Positions 11,816 to 24,458 of a DNA stretch of 64,000 nt are shown piece after piece; positions within the stretch are counted from its first letter, which is position 1, and each line of letters opens with the position of its first letter. The position numbers were made by a program, and so were the translations under genes. The notes under the pieces are model-generated. The model made no database searches. It was not told the DNA's origin and saw only the letters and a program-made list of their open reading frames with translations. Source of the stretch: Octopus bimaculoides (Eukaryota); the NCBI RefSeq assembly GCF_001194135.2, contig NC_068984.1, positions 91,603,423 through 91,667,422 of the forward strand, given 5' to 3'.

Positions 11816-14589
11816 TGACGACAGACATGGTGATCTATCTTTCTGTATCAGGTAGACTGCATCATCATCCTTCATGCAACATGCTTCTCTTTCTTTTTTT
11901 TCCTCAATCAATTTTCTACGTAAATCCCCCCACCTTATATATGTCTTTGTCACTGCAAACCCCTTATCCATTGTCCTGGTGGCAAAGAAGAGATATCATC
12001 ATCATTATCATTATCGGTGATGGTAGTAGTAGGAAAAAAATCGCTTTGTGGTATTTTGCCAACTCTCAATATTCTGCTAAGCTTGACTTTGTTCAAATTC
12101 TGCTTATCTTGTATAGAAACAATTTCTGTTAAGCTTGACTTAGCCTTTCATCCTTTTTTTTTGGGGGGGGGGAGAAGGGAAGCGGTCAATAAAATAAGAA
12201 CCAGTTAAGTATCAGTGTTGATGTAACTGACTACTCCTCCTCTAAAACTGCCGAATTTCTGCTAAAATTTTGAAACAATTGTTATGATCCATCTATCAGT
12301 TTTTTCCACCCATTATTTCTTGGAGGATCATGTAGAGGTAGAGTCCTCATGTACTGTTTCCATAGGGTCCTATCAGAAACAGCCACCATTAAACTTCCCT
12401 GCTTGATTCCCAAACATGACTAACTGAGACTATTATCAAACCATCTCACTTATGATTTACCCCTAGGTTTCTTACTGGTTGGCTCTTTCATGTGATTCTT
12501 TCCTATGGCATTCCAACCACATGTCCATAGTACAAGAGCTGTGCTCTCTTAATGCAGAGAAGTACTGGCTCAACCTGGAGAGACTCCTTAAACTTTGAAC
12601 TACTTTCCTTTGGAGGAATCCCATTTCAGGCACTTGTACTCATGGTTGTAATCTTTTGGTCATTATCCAACATTCATTTCAGCCTCCTGCTTCCCCATCA
12701 CACATGAATCCAGCCCTTGAGATACTTCTTATATGACCCCTACACAAAACTTCAAATACTTATTATACAACTTCTTCATAGAAAGTTTATAAAACATTGA
12801 TAAGTCTGATATGTCTTGGAAATTTTAAATACACTGTTTTATAGGATTACAATTTTTAAACTGGATAATTGAACATTTTATTTTCAGCATCCATTGCTTG
12901 AAGAAATACCATAGGTAAAACTATTTTTACACATACTTAATATTTATACAAAGGCACCTAAAATTACACATAATACATAACTAAAACTTTCAGTCTACAT
13001 CAAACAAAATACCCACCCCTTATGGTAACCACACATATACTGCATAGTTAAGTTATAAGATTTGTTTTCTGTTTCGGAACCAGCAACATCCTATATCATG
13101 TGATTCTTTACAAGATAAAAACTCACACAACACTGAAATAAAGCTAATTCCTCTGTCTCCCATGGTATTTTGATAATTGTGCTAACAGGGATTTTGTTAA
13201 GGCAGATTTTCTATGGCTGAATGCCTCTCCTATCATAAAGTCTTGTGTGTTTCCAAGCAAGGTAATATTTCCTTATAGCTGGACATGTTTTTCCAAAAGA
13301 TTGGAAATTAATGGACACCGCTTGTATGACAAGGATGTTTGTTTACAACAATCATGCATTATCAAGCAAGGAAACCCAACCACACACACACATGATGAGT
13401 GTCTTTCAGTTTCCAACTACCAAATCCACATACAAGGCTTTGGTCTTGTTGTGGCTACAGTTGAAGCTACTTGTCCATACTGCTGCATGGTAGGACTGAG
13501 TTTAAAACTACATGGTTGGGAAACACACAGCCATAAATGTTTTCTTTTCTTTCCAAGTACACAATTTGATTTTAATTCTTGTTGAAACTTATGTTTTTGG
13601 AAAAATCAACTTTTAAGAATTAGTTTCGAGAGGAAGATTTTAGTTTTGTTAGAACTAATATATTGTTAGAGGTTCTGGGGGAGAAAGATTGGTTTTTTGT
13701 ATCAGGAGTGAGACACAATAAAAGTAATACGAGCTGGGAAAGTATAGAGTTGTATTTGGAAGAATAGAGAATATTATAAACCTTTCTAAGGTTTGTAATA
13801 TGTGGGGAAGGTAAAAGGAAATGGTTGAATGCTGTTGAGTGAAGTTTTGCTTCTTAGGTGAATGGTTTCGTTTTTATGGGTTATAGATGTATGGTGGGAT
13901 CACTGTCATTGAGGATTTAACTTTATTTCAGTGTTGGGTGAGATTTTATCTTGTACAGAATCACAAGATGTTTAGAAGTTGCTGATTCTGAAACAGAAAA
14001 CAAATCTAAACTATAAATTATCTTGAGTTGTCTAGTATTAATATTTTGCTGCTACTAAAAATGAAACTTGGTTGTCATCAGTTCATAAAAGTTATTTTTG
14101 TAAACTATTTGACCATAGATGAGATTTGAGTACTGAAACATAGGAGTACATGTTCATTCAAACAACAACAAATTGGTTATTAATAGAAAGCTTTGAGGTA
14201 CATCTATTTTGACAGTGTGCTTTGGGTATTTTCCCAACAGAAGTTCAATACTATACAAATAGGCAAGTTTGGTAAATCAGTTTGGAAGATGGTTTCATGC
14301 TAAAAACACTACTTTTGAAATCTTGGAGTGAGCTATCAATATTTACTGAAGCAGAATCACTTGATAGGAGATATTGAATCCAGTAGCAGTGCCTAATGTT
14401 TACTGGTTTAATAGAAAAGAAAAAAAAAAGATTGAAATGTGCAGATATAAATATGGTTAACTTTTCAAAGATGTGGTTAATAGGAGAAAAGAAATTAAAA
14501 TCTTATTAACAGTAAGTTACCTCATTTTCTTAATTAGATTTCTGATCTGCATTAGATAACTAACGCTCAGTTAATGGTACAATTCTTTC

Positions 14590-15362
14590 TTTTTTTTGTT
14601 TCAGTCATTTGACTGTGGCTACGCTGAAGCACTGCCTCAAAGGGTTTTAGTCAAAGAAATCGACCCCAGGACTTATTCTTTGTAAGCCTAGTACTTATTC
14701 TATCAGTTTATTTTGCTAAACCACTAAGTTATAGGGACATAAACACACCAGCATTGGTTGTCAAGCGATGGTGGGGGGACAAACACAGACACACAAATAC
14801 ATGCATATTGGCTGTGTGGTAAGTAGCTTGCTTACTAACCACATGGTTTTGGGTTCAGTCCCACTGCGTGGCACCTTGAGCAAGTGTCTTCTACTATAGC
14901 CTTAGGACGGCCAAAGCCTTGTGAGTGGATTTGGGAGACAGAAACTGAAAGAAGCCTGTTGTATATATGTATATACATGTGTGTTTGTCCTCCCAATATC
15001 GCTTGACAACTGATGCTGGTGTGTTTACGTCCCCGTAACTTAGCGGTTCGGCAAAAGCAACCAATAGAATAAGTACTAGGCTTACAAAGAATAAATCCTG
15101 GGGTCGATTTGCTCAACTAAAGGCGGTGCTCCAACATGGCCGCAGTCAAATGACTGAAACAAGTAAAAGAGTAAATATATATTTTTATATACATATATGG
15201 CAGGCTTCTTTCAGTTTCCATCTACCAAATCCACTCACAAGGCTTTGGTCAGCCTGAGGCTACAGTAGAGGACACTTGCCCAAGGTGCCATGCAGTGGGA
15301 CTGCTGGAACAATGTGGTTGGGAAGCAAACTTCTTACCTTACAGCCATGCCAGTACCTATGC
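14590..15362. mobile_element. Nested SINEs: a full + strand copy (~14808-15172) inside the central microsatellite of a - strand copy
   Basis: Minus-strand tail 14590-14800, plus-strand head and tail, then minus-strand head 15190-15362. Confidence 0.8.
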
Positions 15363-15849
15363 AGCTACAAAAATCATTTATGTTCAGTTAGATAAAAATA
15401 ATATACAAACTATGGGGAAAATATATACATCGCAAAAGCAATGTTAAAACAGTACTAAGGCTTTCATAGAAAATTTTATTAGGAAATGTGCAATCAACAT
15501 TTCTGATAGCTTTGAAATGCAGTTAGTTTTGTATTGCATATTGAATATTATTGAAGAGAAAATATGGACATTAGTGAATAAGAATCATGTGTGTGTGTAT
15601 GTGTGTGTAACCAGTTGTATTTTGGGTGACATTTCTTGATTGAACCCTTTAGCATTCAGATTACTCCGGCAAATGTAATGCTTATTTATTCACTTTGTTT
15701 TAAATTTACTCATGCATTATCTCATAGCTTCAAGATTTCAAGGATGTGATTGTTTATTTTTAGTATGACATTTTAGTGGGGTAGCTGTGAGAGGATGAAC
15801 CCTAGTGGCTGAGACTTATAAATGGGTGCATATCCTGGGCGCTGGAGAA

Positions 15850-16540
15850 TGCCAGCAACATTGACAAGAATAGTAGCCTCTCCTGGACCTGCGATAAGTA
15901 CATCACATCTCATCATGAAGTCTATCCAAGAACAGGAGATAGCCACTAAATACCTCATCAACAAAAGTGATAGAGAAGTCTGATGCCATACCAGTGTGGA
16001 AGGAATCACTCATATCATCAGTAGCTACCCAGAAATGACTACAAGATACTCCTTCCCCATGAGACATGATATCATTACCAAAATGGTTTACAATGCTATA
16101 CACAAGTAAGAAGGATTGTCCTGATGGCCATGCTGAAGGCACACAAGGACCAGAGAGTATCTACAACTTCAAAAATAAAGAATGCTGGTGGAAGATTCCA
16201 ATAAAAACAGCAACATAGTGTAAGCACAACAGGTCAGATGTGGTTGTGTTGGACAGGGAGCAAAAGTCATGTATTGTTTTAGAGATCAGCTTCTAAGCAA
16301 ATGTGAATGTTGCTTCAAAAATCATGGGAAAAGAGAACATCAATAGTGAACTGATGAGAAATCTAAAGCTCTTAAAGCCATGCTACAGATTTTCATTTGT
16401 TTCTGTTGTACATGCACTGAGCTATGTTCAATAAAATCTAGAAAGGCTTGGTTTCTCAAAAGTAAAAAAATGGGAAAAAAGTGAGAACTGATTCACATTC
16501 TCCAGATACAATTGATCAGAGGAACGGTAAATATTTGTAC
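15850..16540 (+). mobile_element. 3' fragment of an RLE-type (R4/Dong-like) non-LTR retrotransposon
   Basis: Degenerate IQEQEIATKYL..., GITHIISS (CCHC remnant), RHDII, WWKIPIKT..KHNRSDVVVLD..CIVLEIS..K..KE (PD-D/ExK restriction-like endonuclease). Confidence 0.75.
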
Positions 16541-17748
16541 AACATTTCAGGGGTTCTCAATTTGAGTATTCATGGGAGAACACATCCACAAAACGATATA
16601 TACATGTGATATACACATACAACAGTAATGAAATATGCACATTGTTCTATGTGACCCCACCCAACACAAATGCATATTTATCCACACACACATATATGCA
16701 TAAATCAACCGATTCCGGTAACCACAAAACCCGAGAATTGCATGACTTAAGAGAGCCTTGCCACTTTGGCTTGAATTTTGCAGCGGTAAAAATTTAAAAT
16801 AAACGTTAAAGAAACATACATATGCATGAATATATATGTGTGTGTATATATACATACATACATTTATATGTAGATAAAATCACTATATTTTTGATTAGTT
16901 CCTTGAAAAGATGCTGAGAATCAGCAATTTGTCTGAGAGGATTGTTTCACTAGAACTTGTTGCATTTTAGAAGATGGTTGAAGTTGAGCTTCACATGAGG
17001 ACTTGCCCAATACATATACCAGCATAAAAATGCGAATGTAAAATGTATTTAAACTGGTAACCATGAATATTAGCAACATACATTTTCTAAATACTTTAAG
17101 GAATCTTTTCATTCTGTACATATCTTTTACTTGCATTACATAGTCAAACCAAAGCAGCTGTTTCTCTTGCATACCCAGCTAATTTAGATGTTCAGTGTGT
17201 AAATTATCTCCCCTCTTCTTTGAGAACTGCAAATTACGGCCTAATTTCTTTTTTCCTTTTCCCAAGAAAAATTTCAATTAAGAACTTTATGCATATATCA
17301 TCCCTTAACTTGTTTAAATCTTTAATTTCTGTTCAGTCTTTCCCATATGTTTCACAATACTTAGCTTAATCTTTTCTAATTGTAACAAATCTGCTTTCAC
17401 TGTTGTGCTGCTCCTTACATTAACGATCAATTCATAAAATATACCTTTTTTTTTCAGAGAAAACTCTTTGCTGCCAGAAATTCTACCATATTGTCTGCAA
17501 AACAGTGTCTCAAAGTCACCTTATACTGGTGAGTCACATATTATGAACACATATTTAAAAGGAGGAAGTATTGTCTGGTGATACAAAGCAACAGTGATTA
17601 GGTGTTTATGGTTGAATCTGCAAGAGCATATTAAGAATGAATTTGATTACATTGAAAGTAAAGTTCAACCACTGGAAAGAAGCGTGTAGCTGTTTTGAAA
17701 TAAAAATGATTTTGAACTTGATTCTTCTCTAGTGCTAAAAGTGATCTA

Positions 17749-19240
17749 CACCCAGAACCATGCTAATAGCTTAGGAGTGAAATTTAGGATTTCTCAGTTT
17801 TCTGTGAATTGATTTTGATAAAACTTTTCCCAGCTGGTTTGCACACTATGGCAACACCATTGTTATATTTTCATTATTCTGTGTAATGTCCTTTCTTTTA
17901 TATTTCAGATTCTTCAGTTTTTGGGTGAACCACACTAATAGTGTCTCTCTTCTCTGAGAACGATGTGATGTGGAAAAGGCCTTAATGATGAAAAAAAAGT
18001 CTGTCATTATCAAAGAAAGTGCTAAAAGCACCTCTCTTCATGTTACTGCAGAGAAGTTAGGTTGTCATGTGGACACAAATCATTCCTGAAGGACCCTTTG
18101 CCAAGGAAGAAATGATCTGATTGTGGGACCTCCAAGACTGTGACAGCTAGGGATTTAAGGAATATTTGCTACAAGTTGCGTGGGAAACCTGGACAAACAA
18201 GCAAATACATTTTCACCACCCCTGGACTTCCCCATGTACTGAAAACCATCAGAAATCATACCTTTGGGACCATGGCTTCTGTGTGAGAACCCCTGAAACT
18301 GCCCCACTTAATGCACCATCCCAAGAGTTTGAGGCTTTAATAGGGCCAAAAGTACATGATGTTAGACATGAGTTGTGTTCTGTTCACTGATGAAACCAGG
18401 GTGACCCTTGATGGTTGGGTCTATTTTGGAGATGAGCATCAGCATCAGGGTGGAGGGTTCATGTTGTGGGCTGGTATCATTGGGGATAGACTTGTTGGCC
18501 CAGTCAGGGTGCCTGAAGGGGTTAAAATGACCACAGCCGCCGACTGAAATCTCCTGAAGGTCTTGGATCCCTGGCTAGATGACATACAACTTGTATTCAT
18601 GCATAACGCTCCCTCCCATTCTGCTAGGACCACCCAAACATTACTAGGGTCTTACAGCATACAAGCTGAAAGGCTGATGGTGTGGCCGCCAGCATCTCCA
18701 GATCTCAACCCTATCAAAATTCTTTGGTCCATCATTAAACAAGACGTTTACGCTGATGGACACCAATTTACGTTGAAAGATGTCTTATGGGTGACCATCA
18801 AAACTGCAGCAGAGGCAGTCCAGCCTGCTACTATTAAGCAATTGACAGATTCCATAACTAATAGGGTTTTTGAAGTTATCCGTCGAAATGGCGCTTGTTT
18901 GGCAAAATAATTCATTATGTCAATAAATGTTATAATATTATTATGGTTTTCTGTTAAATAAATATTCAATGTATGCTTAATATGTAACATAACCCTTCAT
19001 TTTCTGAAAAAAAAAAAATGTCTAGTTGAGCTATTTTCATTCAAAAGCTATTAGCATGGTTCACCCCAAAACTGAAAAATCTGAAATAAAAAAGAAAGGA
19101 CGTTACACAGAATAATGAAAACATAACAATGGTGTTGCCATATTGTGCAAACCAGCTGGGAAAATTTTTGTCAAAATCGATTCACAGAAAACTGAGAAAT
19201 CCTAAATTTCACTCCTAAGCTATTAGCATGGTTCTGGGTG
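17749..19240 (+). mobile_element. Tc1-like transposon, TRT/DD37E type, decayed transposase, ~195-bp TIRs
   Basis: TA at 17747-17748 and 19241-19242; TIR CACCCAGAACCATGCTAATAGC; VLFTDETRVTLDG, GGGFMLWAGII, VRVPEGVKM, NAPSH...WPPASPDLNPI with 37 residues between the D and E positions. Confidence 0.9.
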
Positions 19241-19569
19241 TATACTTATGTCCTATTTTCTTAATCTTAAAATGAGCTAAATCTGTCTCTGGATTCAATA
19301 AAATCAAATTACAAATAGATAAATATATATTTACTAGCTAGGAAAATCTGAAGCTAGTTGGAGTTAAGAAAATGAATTACAATTCTTTGCTGATTTGTTT
19401 TTGTTCAGCAACAAGTTTGGAAGAAAACTAACAAAACAAAAATACAAGGGTCTAAATTTTTTTTATATAAATATTTAAAGTTTATACATGGCTGACACTA
19501 TATGGTATCCCTAAAGCTCCACTGTTGGTATCTTCATCACTTAGTCTTGATTCAAGAATTCAATAGCTA

Positions 19570-19619
19570 TCAAGAATACATCTCAGAATCAGGATTTTCT
19601 ACATCTGTGACACGTTTCA
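19570..19619 (-). CDS. NDUFA3: NDUFA3-like gene, exon 4 (last coding exon)
   Basis: Strong acceptor ttttattttctatttttcag; phase 1: (V)KRVTDVENPDSEMYS-stop. Confidence 0.75.
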
Positions 19620-21187
19620 CTGAAAAATAGAAAATAAAATAATTCAACAAGAATTCAAATAAAAAAAACCCTTTAAAATTTATTAAATTGTAATATATTT
19701 CACAGCATGTATTTGAAGCTTAATGAAATAGGTAATATCTATTTCCCGACCACCACAACTTGTACCTTCTTCCCTTGACCCTCACAAATCTTGCACCCTG
19801 GCCCCTCCACCAAACCTCTTGCACACAGTACACATCCACCCTCCTCTTCCTCAATTCCCCTTCCACACAGACTGCTCATTTCCAACATCCCAACCTCACC
19901 CCAATCTTCTCCTCAGGCCGTCGGCTATCATAAGGCAAGTCATGTTTGCACAACCCAGGATAAGGGTTTGCACCTTCCTTTTTCAGGTAGACAGGTGCAG
20001 CCCACCCCAACCCTTTGGATTGGCTGGTGCCCATTCTCCTTTGCTATTATCATGATGCTTTTCTGTAGCTAGATTTTCTATGGGGAGCATGCCCTTGCTT
20101 ACCCCCAACCTCAGTTTCTAGACATGAGTGGTCCTGAGACTAAGGCCTCTACCATGATTTTTAAGAAATGTGGTGGAAAACTAGCTCAGGAAGGCAGGGA
20201 CGCTACTCTCTGAGACCCCTTATCAGAGACCCCCTCACACTGTGTTGTAATATTTATTTGATATGGAATTATATGATATATGTAAGAAATTACATATTCA
20301 AAAATACTTATATATGTTAATATATGCATTCACATCATCCACTGAAATGCTGGATTTAGTATCAGTTTTGATGATAAATGCTCCAGTTGTTCAATCAACA
20401 GAATCACATCCTCACTATATTATATAGTAGAATGGCTGAGTATCCCAGACACTAGTTGGTATTTTGAATTACTGGAAACTATGGTATTTGACACCCAAGC
20501 TACTGCATGGTAAGATGAAGCACATATACATTCATATAAATACAAAATACAAGCATCTCATACATAGCATGAATCAGACCCAGTGCATACTTTAAATAGA
20601 AAGACTAACGTGAGGTTATGCAACCTAGACTTGCTTTCCACCAGCTCTGTCAAATGGTTTGAATTTAACATAACATGTCAATAATGTATTTCCAATCTTC
20701 AGGGCAATTAAATACTCTATAAGCAATTTATTATTTTTTACAGAGTAATTATACATGAAATTACTGTCTAAGCCTGTTCCAAATAGTACTTAAGGCAACT
20801 TCTTCTCATTGTTTAACCATGTGGTTTCAGGTTCAATCTCACTGTGTGGAACCTTGAACAAGTGTCTTCTACTAAAGTCATGAGCTAAGCAAAGCCTTGT
20901 GAGTGGTAGACTGAAACTGAAAGAAGGCCATCATACTTGTGTGCATGTGAGTGATCACTTCTATTGGAGTGCAGTGTTATCAGGTTTTCAAGTCAGCAAA
21001 TTGTTTCACTTCTTTCTTTGGAAGCCAAATAGAAATCCCTTACTAGAAAATCAGATAAGGGTCAGTATCAGGAAGGGCATCTGGTCATAAAAAAATGCCT
21101 CATCCAACCCATGCAAAAAGGGATACATTTGAGCATTTTAAATATGAGAAAATAATTTAAACTGAACATAATAATTTAAATTAAAGA

Positions 21188-21344
21188 GGCGCAGGACTGG
21201 CTGTGTGGTAAGTAGCTTGCTAACCAACCACATAGTTCTGGGTTCAGTCCCACTGCGTAAAACCTTGGGCAAGTGTCTTCTGCCTTGGGCCAACCAAAGA
21301 CTTCTGAGTGAATTTGGTAGATGGAAACTGAAAGAAGCCAATCG

Positions 21345-21435
<91 letters not shown>

Positions 21436-21590
21436 ATATGTGTGTGTGTTTGTCCTCCCACCAGTGTTTATGTCCTCGTAACTTAGTGGTTTGGCAAAAG
21501 GGACCAATAGAATAAGTACTGCTGTTGATTTGTTTGACTACAGGCAGTACTCCAGCATGGCCATAGTCAAATAACAAACAAATAAAAGAA
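21188..21590 (+). mobile_element. tRNA-derived SINE with an expanded central (TA)n
   Basis: A-box and B-box head, ~70-bp perfect (TA)n at 21356-21427, family tail. Confidence 0.88.
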
Positions 21591-21644
21591 TGTAACTGGG
21601 GAATTTATAATGAATCAATAAATTAAGATAAAATCATTACTTAC

Positions 21645-21725
21645 CAATATAGCGTTTCTTGTACATGTATTTGTTTTCTCCGAGATGATTAGAATACTGT
21701 AGCAGTCCAAGCCAACCAATAACTC
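21645..21725 (-). CDS. NDUFA3: NDUFA3-like gene, exon 3
   Basis: ccttaatcag acceptor, G|gtaagt donor; 81 nt, phase 1 to 1: (G)VIGWLGLLQYSNHLGENKYMYKKRYI. Confidence 0.8.
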
Positions 21726-21789
21726 CTGATTAAGGTATAAATAGCGTGACATTGTGTGTAAACAATATAAAACATATAACAATTTCATA

Positions 21790-23582
21790 ATCATCATCAT
21801 CATCGTTTAACATCTGCTTTCCATGCGGGCATGGGTTGGACGGTTTGACTGAGGACTGGTGAGCTAGAAGGCTGCACCAGGCTCAATCTGATCTGGATGC
21901 CCTTCCTAATGCCAACCACTCTGAGAGTGTAGTGGGTGCTTTTACGTGCCACTGGCATGAGGGCCAGTCAGGCAGTTCTGGTAATGACCACGCTCAAAAG
22001 GTGTTTTTTACATGCTACCTGCATAGGAGTCAGTCCAGTGGCACTGGCAATGACCACGTTAGAATGTTGTTTTTCACATGTCACTGGCATATGTGCCGGT
22101 AAGGCGATGCTGGCAATGATCACGCTTAAATGGTGCTTTTTATGTACCACAGGCAAGGGAGCCAATCCGCGGCCCTGGCAACGATCACGCTCGGATGTAC
22201 TTTTAACATTCCACTGGCACGAGTGCCAATCAGGCAGTACTGTCATCGGCCACATCAACAATTTTGATTTTGATTTCACTTGCCTCAATAGATCTTTGCA
22301 AGCAAAGTTTATTGTCCAATGAATGAGGGGTATTCATAAGTGGGCTGGTTACGCCCACTGACATAGGCCACGGGCTATGGTCTCACTTGGCTTGTCGGGT
22401 CTTCTTAAGCACAGCATATTCCGAAAGGTCACGATCACTAGTCATTGCCTCGGTAAGGCCCAATGTTTGAAAGTTGTGCTTCATCACCTCATCCCAGGTT
22501 TTCCTGGGTCTACCTCTTCCACGGGTTCCTTCCATTGCTAGGGTGTGACACTTTTTCACACAGCTGTCCTCATTCATTCGCAACACATGACCATACCAGT
22601 GCAGTTGTCTCTCTTGCACACCACAACTGATGCTTCTTAAATCCAACTTTTCTCTCAGGGCATTTACACTCTGTTGTGTATGCACACTGACATTACACAT
22701 CCAACAGAGCATACTGGCTTCATTCCTTGCGAGCTTATGCATGTCCTCAGCAGTCATGGCCCATGTAGCATGGCTGTTCGTACACATGCGTCATACAGTC
22801 TACCGTTTACTCTGAGTGAGAGGCCCTTTGTCACCAGCAGAGGTAGGAGCTCTCTGAACTTTGCCCAAGCTATTCTTATTCTAGCAGCTACATTTTCAGA
22901 GCATCCACCCCCTCTACTGACTCGGTCCCCTAGGTAATGGAAGCTATCAACTACTTGTAGTTTTTCTCCCTGGAATGTGACAGCTGTTCTCTGCACATTT
23001 TCAGTGTTTATAGCACCTGAGCATTTGCCACATATAAAAACTATCTTCCCAGTTAGCCTTCCTTTGATATTGCTGTACTTCTTATGTGTCCATAGCTTAC
23101 ACTGGAGTTTCTACCTACACCTTTTCTACAGATCAAGCATGGCCATCTACCTGAAGGGATTTGTGGTTTGTATGCTATCCTACTTATTAAGAGTTTGGTT
23201 TTAGCTAGGTTGACTCTAAGGCTCTTCAATTCTAATCCTTGCTTCCACACCTGAAACTTCTGCACTAGTTCTGATAGTGACTCAGCAATTAGAGCAAGGT
23301 CATCAGTATAGAGAAGCTCTCAGGGACATCCTGTCTTCAATTCCTCTGTTACTGCCTAGAGGACTATGATGAATAAGAGGGGGCTGAGGACTGATCCTTG
23401 GTGGACCCGTACCCGGAATTCTTCACTGTACTCATTGTCAACCCTCACCTTACCGACGGCATCCCTGTACATGGCTTGCACAGCTCTCACTAACCATTCA
23501 TCTATCCCTAGTTTCCTCATTGACCACCAGATAAGGGATTGAGAACTCTGTCAAAGGCTTTCTCCATGTCAATGAAAGCCCT
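21790..23582 (-). mobile_element. RTE LINE, 5'-truncated (RT C-terminal half, 3'UTR, (GAT)n tail)
   Basis: VHQGSVLSPLLFII, LLYTDDLAL, VVDSFHYLGD, LHWYGHVLRM, RGRGRPRKTW; in NDUFA3-like intron 2. Confidence 0.92.
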
Positions 23583-24458
23583 GCTAAATACAAGGAAAGC
23601 TAAAACTAATTGATTTAGGATGAGAGAGTACTTTGCTCAAAGTACATGCTGATAAAATTTGGATAATTCTACAGAGATATTTGTTTGAAATTTTTGGAGC
23701 TGTATACCCTTAGTTTTCAAAATGAAAGAATATACTTGGTAATATTGTTTTCTCCACTATATTATTTATCACAAGTTTTAAAGTTCTTTTATGTCCCAAG
23801 GCAAGCTTTAACACAATAAAGAGTAACTATAACATTGTCCAAATGGAGGAATAGTATCTAATGTTTAAACAAAAATTTTCTTTCTAACTACACATCAACA
23901 TTTCACACATTTTGCTAGTGACCTTGCATTAATAAAGACCATCATCATCATTTAGTACCCATTTTCCATGCTGGCATGGGTTGAACAGTTCTCATGAGAG
24001 CATGGAAGATAGGCATTAAATGATGATGAAGATGATCTTCATTAATGAAAGGTCACAATTTCTATGAGAAGGCATTCAGTAGGCTTTTCTCTATCAAATT
24101 CGATTTATCATCATTAATATTTAATGTTCATTTTCCATGCTGGCATGGTTTCTACAGTTGTATGCTCTTCCTAATGCCAACCATTTTACGGAGTGTACTG
24201 GGTGCTTTTATGTGACAGCAGCTCTAGTGCTTTTTACGAGACACTAACACCAGTGGTTTTCATGTGGCACCATCACCAGTGCCTTTTATGTGGTACCAAC
24301 AATGACAGAGTAATGAAGTACCTTGTAAGACAAAACCCCCTCAACTAGGAGGAGAACAGTATTGAGAGGTGTGGCTTTGTGCCAGTTGAGTGATTTAAGG
24401 TACAGATATAGGTGTCTTGCTGTAGAATAGATACTCACAAGGAGTATATATATATATA

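Noticed and set aside
11417-11818. 134-codon + strand frame with a single in-frame TAG, suggesting stop-codon readthrough or a divergent partner gene of PDSS1
   Set aside because: Stitching the three frames recovers L1/Tx1 RT motifs in order, so it is a frameshifted LINE remnant.
13125-13135. Possible 6-nt microexon on the - strand (tttcag|TGTTGT|gtgagt)
   Set aside because: It lies outside the introns of both minus-strand gene models, and such short motifs occur by chance.
17458-17528. + strand segment with a strong acceptor and a gtgagt donor, open in all three frames
   Set aside because: No recognisable protein and no consistent exon chain. A non-coding exon remains possible but is unsupported without RNA data.
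21138-21577. YI/CV/HT-repeat ORFs here and at 53683-54907
   Set aside because: Translations of (TA)n, (GT)n and (CA)n microsatellites.
23590-23625. Kinase-like KLKLIDLG peptide
   Set aside because: Followed immediately by a stop, with no other kinase motifs.
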